Numbered from the stretch's first letter, positions 33,819 to 44,291 are shown. The stretch: DNA of 64,000 nucleotides from Leptonemataceae bacterium (GCA_965227295.1 OZ245742.1:4448001-4512000), one strand, 5' to 3'. Notes: generated by a model from the letters alone, not told the origin. Numbers and translations: made by a program.

Positions 33819-36800
33819 TACAAAATCTCGATGCCGATCAACGTGATGTCGTCCTGCACGGAGCCGGTGCCCTGGAAACTCAGGACTTCTTCGACGATAC
33901 CCTCGAGTTGTCCTTTCAACGGACGTTTGCGATGTTTGAGGCTGCATTCGGCAAAGCGATCCTCGCCGAACATCTCTTCTTCCACGTTCATGGCCTCGAT
34001 GATGCCGTCGGTATACAGGATGATGCGATCGCCGGCCTGCACGGAAATCTCCGCTTCTTCGAAAGAGACCTCGGGCGTAATGCCCAGCCACGTTCCCTGG
34101 GCCTCGTGCCAGCGGACTTCACCGTCGCGGATCAACAGCGCCGGCGGATGACCGCCCATGCTGTAGATCAGACGATCGCGCTTCGCCGTCACGAAACCGC
34201 AGGAACACGACAGGAAGTTGTCCGCCGTCCGTCCGTAGAGGGATTGATTCATGTAGCGCAGCAGTTCCGCCGGTGAACTCGTGCGCGTGCCGAAGGCCTG
34301 CAACGTCATCTTCACCGCGGACGCGAGCAACGCCGCCGGAATGCCGTGGCCGGAGACGTCACCGACGAAGAAGCCCATGCTGCCGTCCGGCAACGTAATA
34401 AAATCGTAGAGGTCCCCGCCCACCTTGTCCATGGGCCGATACAGGGCCGCGAGCACCAGACCCTCGGCATTCGGCAGCGTGGTGGGCAGCAGGTTTTCCT
34501 GGATGCGTCGAGCCTGGGCCAGGTCCAGCTCTAATTCTTTCTCCCTGGCTTTTAACGAAAGCAGGTTACGCATGATGGCCAGGATCTCAGCCTCGTCGAA
34601 AGGTTTCGCCAGATAGGCGTCGGCCCCGGCCTCGTGGGCCTCCTGCTTCGTCTGGTCGTCGGCGCGCGCCGTCAGCAGCAGAATGGGCGTGGTGCGATAG
34701 TCGCTGCGGCTGCGGATCTGAGTGATCATATCCAGACCGGAGATGCGCGGTAACATCAGGTCCGTAATGATTAAGTCCGGGCGAAAGGACTCGAGGCCGT
34801 CCAGGGCCTCCTGGCCGTCTCCGGCCTCCCCGACACGATAGCCCTGGCGATCGAAGATGTCCGCCATGTAGTGGCGCAGATCGACATTATCCTCCACGAC
34901 CAGAATGCGGCGGCCGCGACCGCGGTTCGTGCGCGGCGACGAACTCACCGCCGGCACCTGGGGCTCGATGTCGGCGTTGGTGAGCGCGATGTCGTGGCCG
35001 AAGGACTCGCGTTCAATGTGATCGGGCACGGAGCCCTCGGGGGCGGCCGGCAACCAGAAGCGGAACCGGGAACCCTCGCCCACCACCGAAGTCACACCGA
35101 CCCGCCCCTCGTGCAGTTCCACGAGTTCTTTGACCAGGCTGAGGCCGAGACCGGTACCGCCCTGGTCCTTCGCGAGCGGCTGCGCGGAATAACCGTAGCG
35201 TTTGAACAATCCATCCAACCGCTCCGGCGGAATGCCCATGCCGGTATCCTCGACCTCGACGACCGCGCCGCCGTCGTCGGGGAAAACCCGCAATACGATG
35301 CGCCCGTCCCGTTTGGTAAACTTAAGTGCGTTTGAAAGATAGTTAAAGATGCACTTATCGAGCATCTCCGGGTCCACCGAAACCACCGGCAGTTCTCCGG
35401 AGACCACCGTCTCGAGCTCAATGCCGCGAATGCGCGCGTAAGGTTCGAAAGAGGACGTAACCAGGGTGGCGAACTCGGCCAGGGAGATGGGACGGCGCCT
35501 CGGCTGCATTTTGCCGGCGACGATCTTTTGAAGATCGAGAAGCTGATCCACCAAACGCTGGAGACGGCGGGCGTTCGAGAGCACCACCTGTTGAGTGTCG
35601 CGAGTGATCAGCTCGCCCCGCCGTTCAGCGGCTTCCACCGGACTCTTGATCAACGTCAGCGGAGTGCGAAACTCGTGGGAGATGTTCTGAAAGAACGCGG
35701 TGCGCTGGCCGTCCAGTTCGCGCAGCTTATCGTTGGCGCCGCGCAGTTCGCTGATCTTCTCGCTCACCTCGATTTGCAGATTGCGCGAAAGATCATCCGC
35801 CGTACGGTAGGCCTCGGTGAAAAAACCGGCCAGGACCGCGGACTGAATCAGTATAAACAAAAAGAAACCGTGGGGTATGAGCGACGGGGCGATGTAGAAT
35901 CCCAGATAAACCAGGATGTCGTTGCCGATCCCCGTGGAAGCGACGACGCAACTCAGGAACATGGCCGGGGCACCCTGCTTCATGCGGGCGGCGGCCACGG
36001 CGGTCGCCCCCATGCAAAAGAGCAACACCACGACGATGAGAGCGAAGTAGTACGGCAGCAGCGTCGTGACCTCGTAGGCCGGACGCAGCAGATTGTGCAG
36101 ACCAAAGAACGCCGCGATGACCAGCATCACCGGGATGGGCTTCGGCGGAAATTCCTGGACGTAACACGATTGCAGAAACGCGTAGATCGCCGGCGGCAAA
36201 AAGAAAAGTGCCAGCAATTGTAACTTAAGCACACTCAGGTACAGATCGTCGGCGCCCAGCAGGCGCTGGGGAATGCTCGAATCGCAAACGGTCCATAGCA
36301 GAACCACAATGGCCAGCAGGCCGAAGCGCAGATGTTTGCGATCATGGCGCCGATAGGTCCAGAGTATGATGTGATACACTGTGATGATCAGCGACACGCC
36401 GATGAGCACGTAGGCGGCGAGGTCCTGGCGAAAGATCAGGGCGTCCATCTTCGCGGCCGGTGCCACCAGGATCGGGAAGCGCGGGCCGCCGCGTTGCACG
36501 TGAAAGTTCGAGACCTGCCAGATCAACTCCGGATGCTCGTAACACTCCACCCCGGCCCGGCGACTGACAGGCACCCGACCGGGATGACTGGTCTCCACGC
36601 TCGTACCGATCCGGCCGTTGCTGAACAACAGTTCGGAGCCGCAATAGAAACGAAACGCCAGGCCGCGCTGGTGTGTATAAAACTTCAGATCCCGTCGCAG
36701 ATCGTCGACGGAAGCGAAACGCAACCGTAACGTCGCAAAACCCGTCGAAGGCCGATCCTCCGCCGTGCCGGGTTCATCCGCCTCGAGCGGATCATCGAGG

Positions 36801-37102
36801 GACGCCGGCAGTCGCAGATAACGGCGCTCCGCCTGGATCAATTTTTGCTTTGCGGGATCACGAAAATCTGCGAAGGTATAGAGCCGGTCGCGGTAGATCT
36901 CCCATTCTCCTTCGAGGGCCAACGGGTCGCGGTTGTGAAAGTCGAAGCTCGCGATGTCGATCAAACCCTGCCGGGCCTCGCGGCTCTCATCGAAGCGCAA
37001 ACCGCAGTGGATGCAGAGGAACAGGGAAACGAAAACGAGAAAACATCTCCCGAACCGTCGGCGGATCCGGGCCAGGAGACGTTCTGACGGGAGATAGGTC
37101 AT
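33818..37102 (-). CDS. hybrid sensor: 7TM-DISM, HisKA/HATPase, REC, SpoIIE phosphatase
   Basis: LEGEWEIY sugar-binding-like N-domain, 7 TM segments, ISHEFRTPL, LSNALKFT, GTGLGL, REC (VVEDN, ITDLMLP), PP2C (VGGDLYD, DVSGHG, YTDGIIE, DDIT). Confidence 0.92.
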   Translation of the reverse strand: MTYLPSERLLARIRRRFGRCFLVFVSLFLCIHCGLRFDESREARQGLIDIASFDFHNRDPLALEGEWEIYRDRLYTFADFRDPAKQKLIQAERRYLRLPASLDDPLEADEPGTAEDRPSTGFATLRLRFASVDDLRRDLKFYTHQRGLAFRFYCGSELLFSNGRIGTSVETSHPGRVPVSRRAGVECYEHPELIWQVSNFHVQRGGPRFPILVAPAAKMDALIFRQDLAAYVLIGVSLIITVYHIILWTYRRHDRKHLRFGLLAIVVLLWTVCDSSIPQRLLGADDLYLSVLKLQLLALFFLPPAIYAFLQSCYVQEFPPKPIPVMLVIAAFFGLHNLLRPAYEVTTLLPYYFALIVVVLLFCMGATAVAAARMKQGAPAMFLSCVVASTGIGNDILVYLGFYIAPSLIPHGFFLFILIQSAVLAGFFTEAYRTADDLSRNLQIEVSEKISELRGANDKLRELDGQRTAFFQNISHEFRTPLTLIKSPVEAAERRGELITRDTQQVVLSNARRLQRLVDQLLDLQKIVAGKMQPRRRPISLAEFATLVTSSFEPYARIRGIELETVVSGELPVVSVDPEMLDKCIFNYLSNALKFTKRDGRIVLRVFPDDGGAVVEVEDTGMGIPPERLDGLFKRYGYSAQPLAKDQGGTGLGLSLVKELVELHEGRVGVTSVVGEGSRFRFWLPAAPEGSVPDHIERESFGHDIALTNADIEPQVPAVSSSPRTNRGRGRRILVVEDNVDLRHYMADIFDRQGYRVGEAGDGQEALDGLESFRPDLIITDLMLPRISGLDMITQIRSRSDYRTTPILLLTARADDQTKQEAHEAGADAYLAKPFDEAEILAIMRNLLSLKAREKELELDLAQARRIQENLLPTTLPNAEGLVLAALYRPMDKVGGDLYDFITLPDGSMGFFVGDVSGHGIPAALLASAVKMTLQAFGTRTSSPAELLRYMNQSLYGRTADNFLSCSCGFVTAKRDRLIYSMGGHPPALLIRDGEVRWHEAQGTWLGITPEVSFEEAEISVQAGDRIILYTDGIIEAMNVEEEMFGEDRFAECSLKHRKRPLKGQLEGIVEEVLSFQGTGSVQDDITLIGIEIL

Positions 37103-37149
37103 CGAAACGGGAGTCGGCGCGAGCCGTTACCTGTACGAGGCTCTCCCGT

Positions 37150-37176
37150 ATATCGGCATTCTGTCCACATTCTTTT
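37150..37176 (-). promoter_or_regulatory. putative sigma28 (FliA) promoter
   Basis: Minus strand AAAA-N15-GCCGATAT versus consensus TAAA-N15-GCCGATAA, ~48 bp upstream of the hybrid sensor gene. Confidence 0.5.
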
Positions 37177-37195
37177 CAAAAGTCGGCCGATGTGG

Positions 37196-37408
37196 CTAAG
37201 CGAGCAGGTTGATGCGAAAGTTATCGAGGGGACCGGGGCCCGCGGAGTCCACCCCGGCTTTGCGCATGTCGGTATCGGCCTGGCGGGCGCGGTCGGCCTC
37301 GGTCAATAGTCGCGTTGGCTCGGGCATATTGTTCACGGTCAGCGCGCTCTGACTGAATTGCCGCGCACCGACATTGTTCTGAGCCGAAATGTTGATTTCA
37401 CGTAACAT
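37196..37408 (-). CDS. small hypothetical protein (70 aa)
   Basis: GGAG RBS 6 nt before ATG; ends FRINLLA, reminiscent of YjfB-like small motility-regulon proteins. Confidence 0.55.
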   Translation of the reverse strand: MLREINISAQNNVGARQFSQSALTVNNMPEPTRLLTEADRARQADTDMRKAGVDSAGPGPLDNFRINLLA

Positions 37409-37711
37409 GGGTTGCTCCGAACAGGCGAGGACTCACCAACTCCTCGAATCCCTGTATAGGAGGATGCCCCCCCTCCCCGGAAAAACAAGGATTTTTCGGC
37501 CCGGGTTGACCGAACGCTTTGTTTCCTGTGCAACGCACAATGTTTTGACACCCAGCAGGGTGCCTACAAAACGAGTACCCAAATTGTATTAGACGTAGAA
37601 AGCGTTCAGAGGGTCGTCCTCACCGGTGAAATTTTACGCAGCACCGGCAGGGTTCGAGCCGATTTATGAAACGTGGGAGCAGTGCACCAGAAAAGCCCGC
37701 TCCGAGCTGAT

Positions 37712-39037
37712 ATGTCCCAGTCTAAATCTTTCTCATCGCTCCGAATCCCCGGTTTCGCGAGCCATCCCATCTTCCGCGCTGCGGTCCTGGTTGTTACGAC
37801 CCTGCTCTGTGCGCCCATGATCCTCACGGTTCCGTCCGTTACGGTGGCCGGCGAACACATCTCCGGCACCGCGACGCCGGACTCCGTATGGGAGACCCTG
37901 TCCCGGGAGTACATCAAAAACCGTACGGTGCCCGAAGGAACGGCGAATCTCGCTGCCTGGCTCAGCACCATCTTCGGCTCCAGCGGAAGCAACGGCATCA
38001 TCGAAACTCTGCATCCGAATGCGGCGGACGTCCAGCGCTTAAGAAAGGCCGAGAACAACTTAAGCCATCATGTTCGTCGGAGCGCGGGTTCCAGGGCGCT
38101 GCCGCAGTTGGCCCTGGGCATCTACCGCGACGCCACTCCGATCTTCACCGAGAATCAGGGCTTTGACAGTCGAACCGTTCGTCCCCTGGCTTCGGTCACG
38201 AAGACCTTCACCGCCGTAGCCGTTCTGCAATTAATGGAGCGCGGTAAGCTGCGCCTGGACGATCCGATAAGCAAGTACATCCCCGAACTTCCGTATGCAA
38301 AGCAACCCCTGGGCGATGTACCGGTAACGGTCCGCCATCTGCTCCGACACACCTCCGGCGTCCCTTACGGCACTTCCCGGCCCGGTGTCTCCATCGAGAG
38401 CCGGCATCGCAAGTTTTCGTACTACATCCCCGGCCAATACCGTCCGGCGGGCGTGGGCTTCGCTTATTCGAACTACAACTACTACGCCCTGGCTCTGTTG
38501 ATTGAACGACTCTCCGGCCTGGCCTACAACGAGTACATCGAACAAAACATCTTCGAGCGCGCGGGCATGAGCGACGCACGCGTATCCGCGGCGGCCAACG
38601 GCGCGTCCGGTGTCAGCAGTTCCGTGCGCGATCTTTCGTTGTTCGGCGCGGCGGTCTTCGTGCGCAATAATCCGGTGCGTCTGCTTTCCCGCCGGGCCGT
38701 CGAAGAGATGCTGTCCGCGCCGGTGCACATGCAGGGCAATAACGATCCGTACCGCATGTACTACGGCCTGGGCGTTCGGGTCCAGTATGCCGACGGCAAT
38801 ATCAGCGAGGTCTATCACACGGGCATCTGGATGGGCATCTTCGCGGAACTGCGCTACTTCCCGACCGAAGACTCCCTGCTGTTGCACGTCGGCAACCCGC
38901 CGAACTATCGCGCCGCCCGCCTGGGCGATTACCGGGCCGGCTCCGTTAAGTTAGCCGGCGACTATGTAAAGTTACTGGATCGCCTCATTGCGAACACGTC
39001 CGTGGACCTACCGGCCAACGAACAGGCGTTGCGCTGA
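37712..39037 (+). CDS. serine hydrolase, beta-lactamase (AmpC-like) family
   Basis: ASVTK (SxxK), LLRHTSG, YSNYNY, YHTG. Start uncertain. Confidence 0.9.
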   Translation: MSQSKSFSSLRIPGFASHPIFRAAVLVVTTLLCAPMILTVPSVTVAGEHISGTATPDSVWETLSREYIKNRTVPEGTANLAAWLSTIFGSSGSNGIIETLHPNAADVQRLRKAENNLSHHVRRSAGSRALPQLALGIYRDATPIFTENQGFDSRTVRPLASVTKTFTAVAVLQLMERGKLRLDDPISKYIPELPYAKQPLGDVPVTVRHLLRHTSGVPYGTSRPGVSIESRHRKFSYYIPGQYRPAGVGFAYSNYNYYALALLIERLSGLAYNEYIEQNIFERAGMSDARVSAAANGASGVSSSVRDLSLFGAAVFVRNNPVRLLSRRAVEEMLSAPVHMQGNNDPYRMYYGLGVRVQYADGNISEVYHTGIWMGIFAELRYFPTEDSLLLHVGNPPNYRAARLGDYRAGSVKLAGDYVKLLDRLIANTSVDLPANEQALR

Positions 39038-39072
39038 GTTCGTAGACGCCCGGAACTTTAGGGCTCACCGAA

Positions 39073-40416
39073 TCACTTCTTCTTTTTTCCGTGCAGGTTC
39101 GGGCGTTCGAAGCGGCTTTCGCGCTGTTCGGCCGGCGTCAGGGCCACCTCTTCGTCGGTGAAGCGGCGCTCGATCGTACGGGTATTGTTCGCCCAGGCAG
39201 TGGACTCACCGATCGACGTGCTGCGATCGAAGACCGGACGGAACTTCGGATGATCGTCACGGCGCGACGCGAAAATCAAATGCGAAAGCCCCGGGCCGTA
39301 GTTGTAACCGTACGAAAACGGCAGCTCTTCGATCGTCCGGCGCTCGTCGCGCATGGCGGAGTACAACTCGGGCTGGAAACGATCGCGAAACAGCGGAACC
39401 GGACGGCGATAAACGCCGAAGAGGCGCAGGTTCCAGCGACCGTTATCGAGATAATGAAAGGGCACGCCGGAAGAATCCGTTAAGATACACTCACTGCGAC
39501 CTAAGATTCCGGACCGAATGCCGTCGAAGGAGGCGCGGTACATGAGATACGAAGCGGCCTTGAGCATGGTCGTCGTATCGCTGCGGCGGCGAAGATACTC
39601 CTCGAACTCCGGGCCCATGAACGAATCCGCCAGATTGTACTTTAAGTAGACGACCGTCTGCATGGGACCACTAGCGCGGCGTACGAAGTAGGCCACGCCG
39701 ATGGACTCCGCTGCTTCGTCCTCGCGAACCAGACGCCCGTCCTCGGTCAGACGCACGGTGTAGCCGTCGACGATCTCGTACCCGAGGTTACTCAAAAAGA
39801 ACAAGAGCAGACCGGACACGCCGCTGAAGCGGTTCGCCCCGACCTCTACAGCCATATCGATGGTCTTAAAGAAGTTCCGGCCGAGGACCTCGCCCACGGC
39901 CTGGTAGACGGCGCCCAGCTCTTCGCCTTCCCGATAACCGCCGCCTTTCATGGCCTGCACCGGGTCGATCTCCGGAACCGAGCCCGGATGTTCGAGGCCG
40001 ATCATTACGTACGAGGGGGCGTTCGGAAACAACGTAACGGCGTGAGCGATGTCCGGCCCGGAAAAGGGATAGAACACGTGACGACCGCAGGCCTGGTCGC
40101 TCAGATTCGCGTTCCACTCACGCATCTTCGCGAGATGATTCGCATCGTAGCGCTCCCACGCCGCGCGCACACGACGCTCGTAGCCGGGGTAACGTTTGTT
40201 TTCCGCGAGCGGCCGCAGTTCCTCGGACAGCAAACGCCCGCCGTCGCTCTTGCCGGCGATCCACAGGGCCGTATCGTTCAGGCCGTCACGCCGATCGTAG
40301 GGCAAGGTCGCCATGGGTTCTTCGTCGCCCGGGTTGGAACTGTGCGGCTTTTCCGACGGACGGCAAGCGCTCAGCAGAACTCCGGTCATCACAATCAACA
40401 GCAGGCTTCGGTACAT
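39073..40416 (-). CDS. hypothetical lipoprotein
   Basis: Lipobox LSAC; conserved-looking blocks VFYPFSGPD, IGLEHPG, NFFKTIDM, KAASYLM, DSSGVP, LPFSYGY. Confidence 0.8.
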   Translation of the reverse strand: MYRSLLLIVMTGVLLSACRPSEKPHSSNPGDEEPMATLPYDRRDGLNDTALWIAGKSDGGRLLSEELRPLAENKRYPGYERRVRAAWERYDANHLAKMREWNANLSDQACGRHVFYPFSGPDIAHAVTLFPNAPSYVMIGLEHPGSVPEIDPVQAMKGGGYREGEELGAVYQAVGEVLGRNFFKTIDMAVEVGANRFSGVSGLLLFFLSNLGYEIVDGYTVRLTEDGRLVREDEAAESIGVAYFVRRASGPMQTVVYLKYNLADSFMGPEFEEYLRRRSDTTTMLKAASYLMYRASFDGIRSGILGRSECILTDSSGVPFHYLDNGRWNLRLFGVYRRPVPLFRDRFQPELYSAMRDERRTIEELPFSYGYNYGPGLSHLIFASRRDDHPKFRPVFDRSTSIGESTAWANNTRTIERRFTDEEVALTPAEQRESRFERPNLHGKKKK

Positions 40417-40430
40417 GGTTCTACTCGTGT

Positions 40431-41336
40431 TTAGAGATGGCGTTCAAAGAAGTCAAAGACATTGTTCGTATGCGCGTCCCAGTAGCCGTAGTCGTGGGCC
40501 TTACCGGCTTCCGGCCGCGCCTCCCGATCGAAGACGAGGTTCAGGCGATCGCCGTGGGCATTGCGCAGCGCGTCGAACAACGCCCGGCTCTGAAAAAACG
40601 GCACAATGCGATCTTCCGGGGAATGCGCAAGATACAGCGGCAACTTCCACTCAGCGGATCTTTGTACGATGTTATCGGTGTGTTTCCAGCGATCGGGAAA
40701 ATCGTCGTGGGCCCCGTAGACCGCTGTCATGAGACGATCCTTCGGTTGCAGGCTTTGATCGTAATCCCCGGACAGCGCGGCCACGGCGCGAAACCATTGC
40801 GGGCGTTCGAGGGCCATCAACGCGGCGCCCCGGGCCCCGGTGGAAAGCCCCAGGACGAACGAGGACTCCGGCGTCATATAGCCCTGCCTGCGAAGTTCAG
40901 GCACGAGGACATCACGCATGTAGACCAGGCCCGGCCGATCGTCGTTGCCGTCCCAGCGACGCGTTGTCTCGGGAAAGTATTGCGAGGCGTAGATCGACAC
41001 GCCCATCTCCGGGCAAATCAAACGAAAGCCGCGGCGAGCGGCAGTTTCGTCGAGAGAGGTTTCGTCCAACCAGCGGGTGCGCCGATGTTTCCAGCCAGGC
41101 AAGACCAGAACGTCGGCCCGGGGATTCGCGCCGGCGACCACCGTAACTTCAACTCCGCCAATGTTAAGCTCCGAACGTTGCGGAGCCGCCGGTGCCGACG
41201 CGTCCGGGGAAACCGAGGACGCCTCCTGCGGTGCGCTGTCCGGGCCGCCGCAGGCCGACACAAACACGATGACGCAGGCCGCCGCAAATCCGACGCCGAC
41301 GACAAAACGCGCTGCCCGGCTATGAGGCGCGCTCAT
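40431..41336 (-). CDS. alpha/beta hydrolase (esterase-like) lipoprotein
   Basis: VSAC lipobox; GLSTG nucleophile elbow; EDRIV; HDYGYW. Confidence 0.85.
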   Translation of the reverse strand: MSAPHSRAARFVVGVGFAAACVIVFVSACGGPDSAPQEASSVSPDASAPAAPQRSELNIGGVEVTVVAGANPRADVLVLPGWKHRRTRWLDETSLDETAARRGFRLICPEMGVSIYASQYFPETTRRWDGNDDRPGLVYMRDVLVPELRRQGYMTPESSFVLGLSTGARGAALMALERPQWFRAVAALSGDYDQSLQPKDRLMTAVYGAHDDFPDRWKHTDNIVQRSAEWKLPLYLAHSPEDRIVPFFQSRALFDALRNAHGDRLNLVFDREARPEAGKAHDYGYWDAHTNNVFDFFERHL

Positions 41337-42958
41337 CAGTGCCGATCCCGGGAATCTTCTTCCATCATGGTTTCGTACTCGACCGGGCGCGCGTCATCGC
41401 TGCCGTTTCCGTTCCCCGGCGCACCACCGTTACTGGCGAAGACCGACCGCCAGAGATAGTACATGGCGAAGCCGATCAGCGCGACCACCACGCCGAGCAG
41501 GGCTTCCAGGCGCGCGCCGGAGTCGAAAAAGATGTTCACCACTAAGATGAGCACAACAGAAGCTACGTAGAATGCCGGAAGATACGGATAGCCCAGGGCC
41601 CGCACGCGCCCGCCCTCTTGCTTCGCGACGGCGACCGGGTCGCGCCGGTGCCGGCGGCGCAGAATAAACACGGAGCTGATGGTCATGATCGACAGGAACA
41701 TCATCATGATCGTGGTAAGATCGACGATGGTGCCGAAGTCCAGGAAGATCAGAATCAACAAACACGCGCCCAGGCACTGCAGCCACAACGACCAGGTCGG
41801 CGTTTCGTAGCGCGGATGCAACTCCCGCGCCCTGCGAAAGAAGATGCCGTCCCGGGCCATGGCCAGATAGACCCGACTGCCGGAGAGGACCGTGGTGTTG
41901 AGCGTGCCGAGAACTAAAAAGGCGATGACGAAAGTCATGATCGTGCCGGCCAGGCCGCCGAAGACCACGCTCAGGGCCCGGGACGCCAGATCCCCTTCCC
42001 CCGCGACGATCTCACCGAAGGGAATCGTGGCGAGCAGTACCATGCAAAAGAGCATGTAGACCACGCCCACAAAACCGATGCCGATCAGCATGGACTTCGG
42101 AATGACCTTCTCCGGATTCTTGATGTCCTCGGCGAGGTACAGCGTTACGTTCCAGCCGGTATACGTAAAAAAGACGGGGATCATGGCCATGCCGATCTGC
42201 GCGATCATGGGCTTTTCGGCGATGCGCTGCGCGATGTCCGCGGGAATGCTGTATTCGCCGCCAAGATTCGCGGAGAAGGTCTTCCATACACTTTCGTCAA
42301 TGAACAATCCATCGATAATGATGGCCACGCCCGCGAGAAAGAGAAAGATGACCGGCGCAATGGTGACAGCCTTCTGTAGCAACAAACTGCGCGTAATGCC
42401 GATGTGATTCAGATACGTGAGCAACAGGACAATGCCGATGGCGACGACATGCATCACCTCGAAGCTGTAGGTCATGCCGGAGAAGTGCAACCAGGTGCCC
42501 GCGCCGATCTCCGGAACATCGAAGCTGAGCAGTGAGTTCTGCAAACAGGTCTTGCCCGCCGCATCCATCGCGTGGCCGCAGCCGAGCCAGTTGGCGATGG
42601 TGCTGCCCTGGTATTGAGCGACGCCCACGGCCATGGCGGCGATGGAGCCGGTGTAAGTGATCGTGAGGCTGAGGTATCCATACAAAAAACCCCAGGGCAG
42701 GCCGTAGGTTTCACGCAGGAAAACATAGTCTCCGCCGGCGCGCGGCATCATGATGCCCAGCTCCGCGGAACTGAGGCCGCCGGCGAGGGCAATGAGGGCG
42801 CCGACCAGCCAGAGGCCGAGAAAGAGGTACGGATCACCGGCGCCCTGGGCTACGACGGCCGGCATGAGAAAGATGCCGATGCCGATGATGTTGCCGAGGA
42901 TGATGAAGACGGCATCGGTGACACCGACCCGCCTGCGCAAAACATGTTGATCACTCAC
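41336..42958 (-). CDS. amino-acid permease (APC family)
   Basis: GNIIGIGIF, AELG..PRAGGDY, YTGWN, EDIKNPEK, SRVYLAMARDG. Confidence 0.93.
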   Translation of the reverse strand: MSDQHVLRRRVGVTDAVFIILGNIIGIGIFLMPAVVAQGAGDPYLFLGLWLVGALIALAGGLSSAELGIMMPRAGGDYVFLRETYGLPWGFLYGYLSLTITYTGSIAAMAVGVAQYQGSTIANWLGCGHAMDAAGKTCLQNSLLSFDVPEIGAGTWLHFSGMTYSFEVMHVVAIGIVLLLTYLNHIGITRSLLLQKAVTIAPVIFLFLAGVAIIIDGLFIDESVWKTFSANLGGEYSIPADIAQRIAEKPMIAQIGMAMIPVFFTYTGWNVTLYLAEDIKNPEKVIPKSMLIGIGFVGVVYMLFCMVLLATIPFGEIVAGEGDLASRALSVVFGGLAGTIMTFVIAFLVLGTLNTTVLSGSRVYLAMARDGIFFRRARELHPRYETPTWSLWLQCLGACLLILIFLDFGTIVDLTTIMMMFLSIMTISSVFILRRRHRRDPVAVAKQEGGRVRALGYPYLPAFYVASVVLILVVNIFFDSGARLEALLGVVVALIGFAMYYLWRSVFASNGGAPGNGNGSDDARPVEYETMMEEDSRDRH

Positions 42959-43007
42959 GAATACGTCAATCTCGTCGCGGCGTTACAGAACGCAAAAACA
43001 AAACGGC

Positions 43008-43661
43008 TCATAGAACCCGCAGCGCGGCGGCGATCCATTCCGCCGCACCCCAGCCGGTAGTGTCCTGTTTTTCCGCGATCTTCGCAATGGCCTTGCGCGC
43101 CTCGGATTCTTTGTAGCCGAGTTGCAGCAGCGCCTGCACGGCCAGGTCCTGTTGTTCGTCGAGGTCTGACACAACCTGAGCACCGTCCGGAGCTGCCGCC
43201 AGTTGCAGGGCCTTCTCCCATTTTTCGCGCCGCCGGTTGATTTCAAAGATGAGCGTCTCCGCCGTGGTCTTACCGATGCGCGGGATCTTCGAGAGGCCCT
43301 TTGCGTCTTTGCGGGAGCAGAGATCCAGGAGCGCCGCGGGATCCAGGTGGCTGAGGATACTGAGCGCGAGCGCCGTACCCAGGCCCTTGATGTTCTGAAG
43401 CGCGATAAAGAATTCCCGTTCCTGTAAGTCCAGGAAGCCGAACAGGCGCTGGTCGCTCTCGGTGATGTGATGATAGATAAAGAGTTCCGTGCTCGCCCCG
43501 ACCCCGGCGGCCTGCAACCGCGCCTGGACCGAGAGCGGGATCTGCACCTCGTAGATAACGCCGCCGGAACTCGACTTACCGGAGGCACTCCCCGCCCCGG
43601 TATCGAGGTACACCCGGGCGGCGCCGAAGCGTACGATGGTTCCCCGCAGTCCGGCGATCAT
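43008..43661 (-). CDS. ruvA: Holliday junction branch migration protein RuvA
   Basis: MIAGLRG, LFGF, HhH motifs IKGLG and IPRIGKTTAE, ALLQLGY. Confidence 0.95.
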   Translation of the reverse strand: MIAGLRGTIVRFGAARVYLDTGAGSASGKSSSGGVIYEVQIPLSVQARLQAAGVGASTELFIYHHITESDQRLFGFLDLQEREFFIALQNIKGLGTALALSILSHLDPAALLDLCSRKDAKGLSKIPRIGKTTAETLIFEINRRREKWEKALQLAAAPDGAQVVSDLDEQQDLAVQALLQLGYKESEARKAIAKIAEKQDTTGWGAAEWIAAALRVL

Positions 43662-43665
43662 GCGT

Positions 43666-44181
43666 TCACCGCCCCTGCTTCTTCCCGGCCGCCGCGATCA
43701 GCGCTTCGGAACGGGCCCTGTACACGCCGGCCACGGCCCCGGCCAGGGCGTCCGCCGCATCGTCCGGGCGAATGGGTTCGGAGAATCCCAGCAGCCGTTC
43801 CACCATGCGGGTGATGTCGGCCTTTTTTGCCCGCCCCGATCCGGCGACGACCTGTTTGATGGTCCCGGGTCCGATCTCGAGCAACTGCAGTCCGCTCCGC
43901 CCGACGACGGTCAGCAGCACGCCCTGGGCCTGATACACCCCGGCCGCGGTGGTGGTATTTTTTGAATAAAAGAGCGATTCCATGATCACACAATCCGGGT
44001 TGTGTTCGGCCAGGACGGCCCCGGCCTGATCAAAGAGCGAGACCATACGTTCGCTCATGGGCATGCCGGGTGGCGTTTCGAGCACGCCGTAAGCCACGCC
44101 GCGCAGATCGGAGCCCGCCGATTCCACGACGCCCCATCCGGTACGGCCGTAGCCGGGATCGAAGGCCAGCACACGCATCAC
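43666..44181 (-). CDS. ruvC: crossover junction endodeoxyribonuclease RuvC
   Basis: LAFDPGYGRTGWG, MESLFY, GSGRAKK, DDAADALA. Confidence 0.95.
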   Translation of the reverse strand: MMRVLAFDPGYGRTGWGVVESAGSDLRGVAYGVLETPPGMPMSERMVSLFDQAGAVLAEHNPDCVIMESLFYSKNTTTAAGVYQAQGVLLTVVGRSGLQLLEIGPGTIKQVVAGSGRAKKADITRMVERLLGFSEPIRPDDAADALAGAVAGVYRARSEALIAAAGKKQGR

Positions 44182-44291
44182 TCAGTGTCCCGCTTCCACC
44201 GGAGCGGTCAACCGGATTATGTCACATTAATCCGGCCGGAGCTTCGCGGCAGCCCCGAATCAGAAGGTAGTATGTCAGGTAATTGCTTTCC

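Noticed and set aside
37556..37584. CAGGGTGCCTACAAAACGAGTACCCAAAT, echoing both the GTAGGA palindrome and the ends of the 13.5-kb element
   Set aside because: Matches are only 9-10 nt; may be a degenerate relic but cannot be separated from chance.
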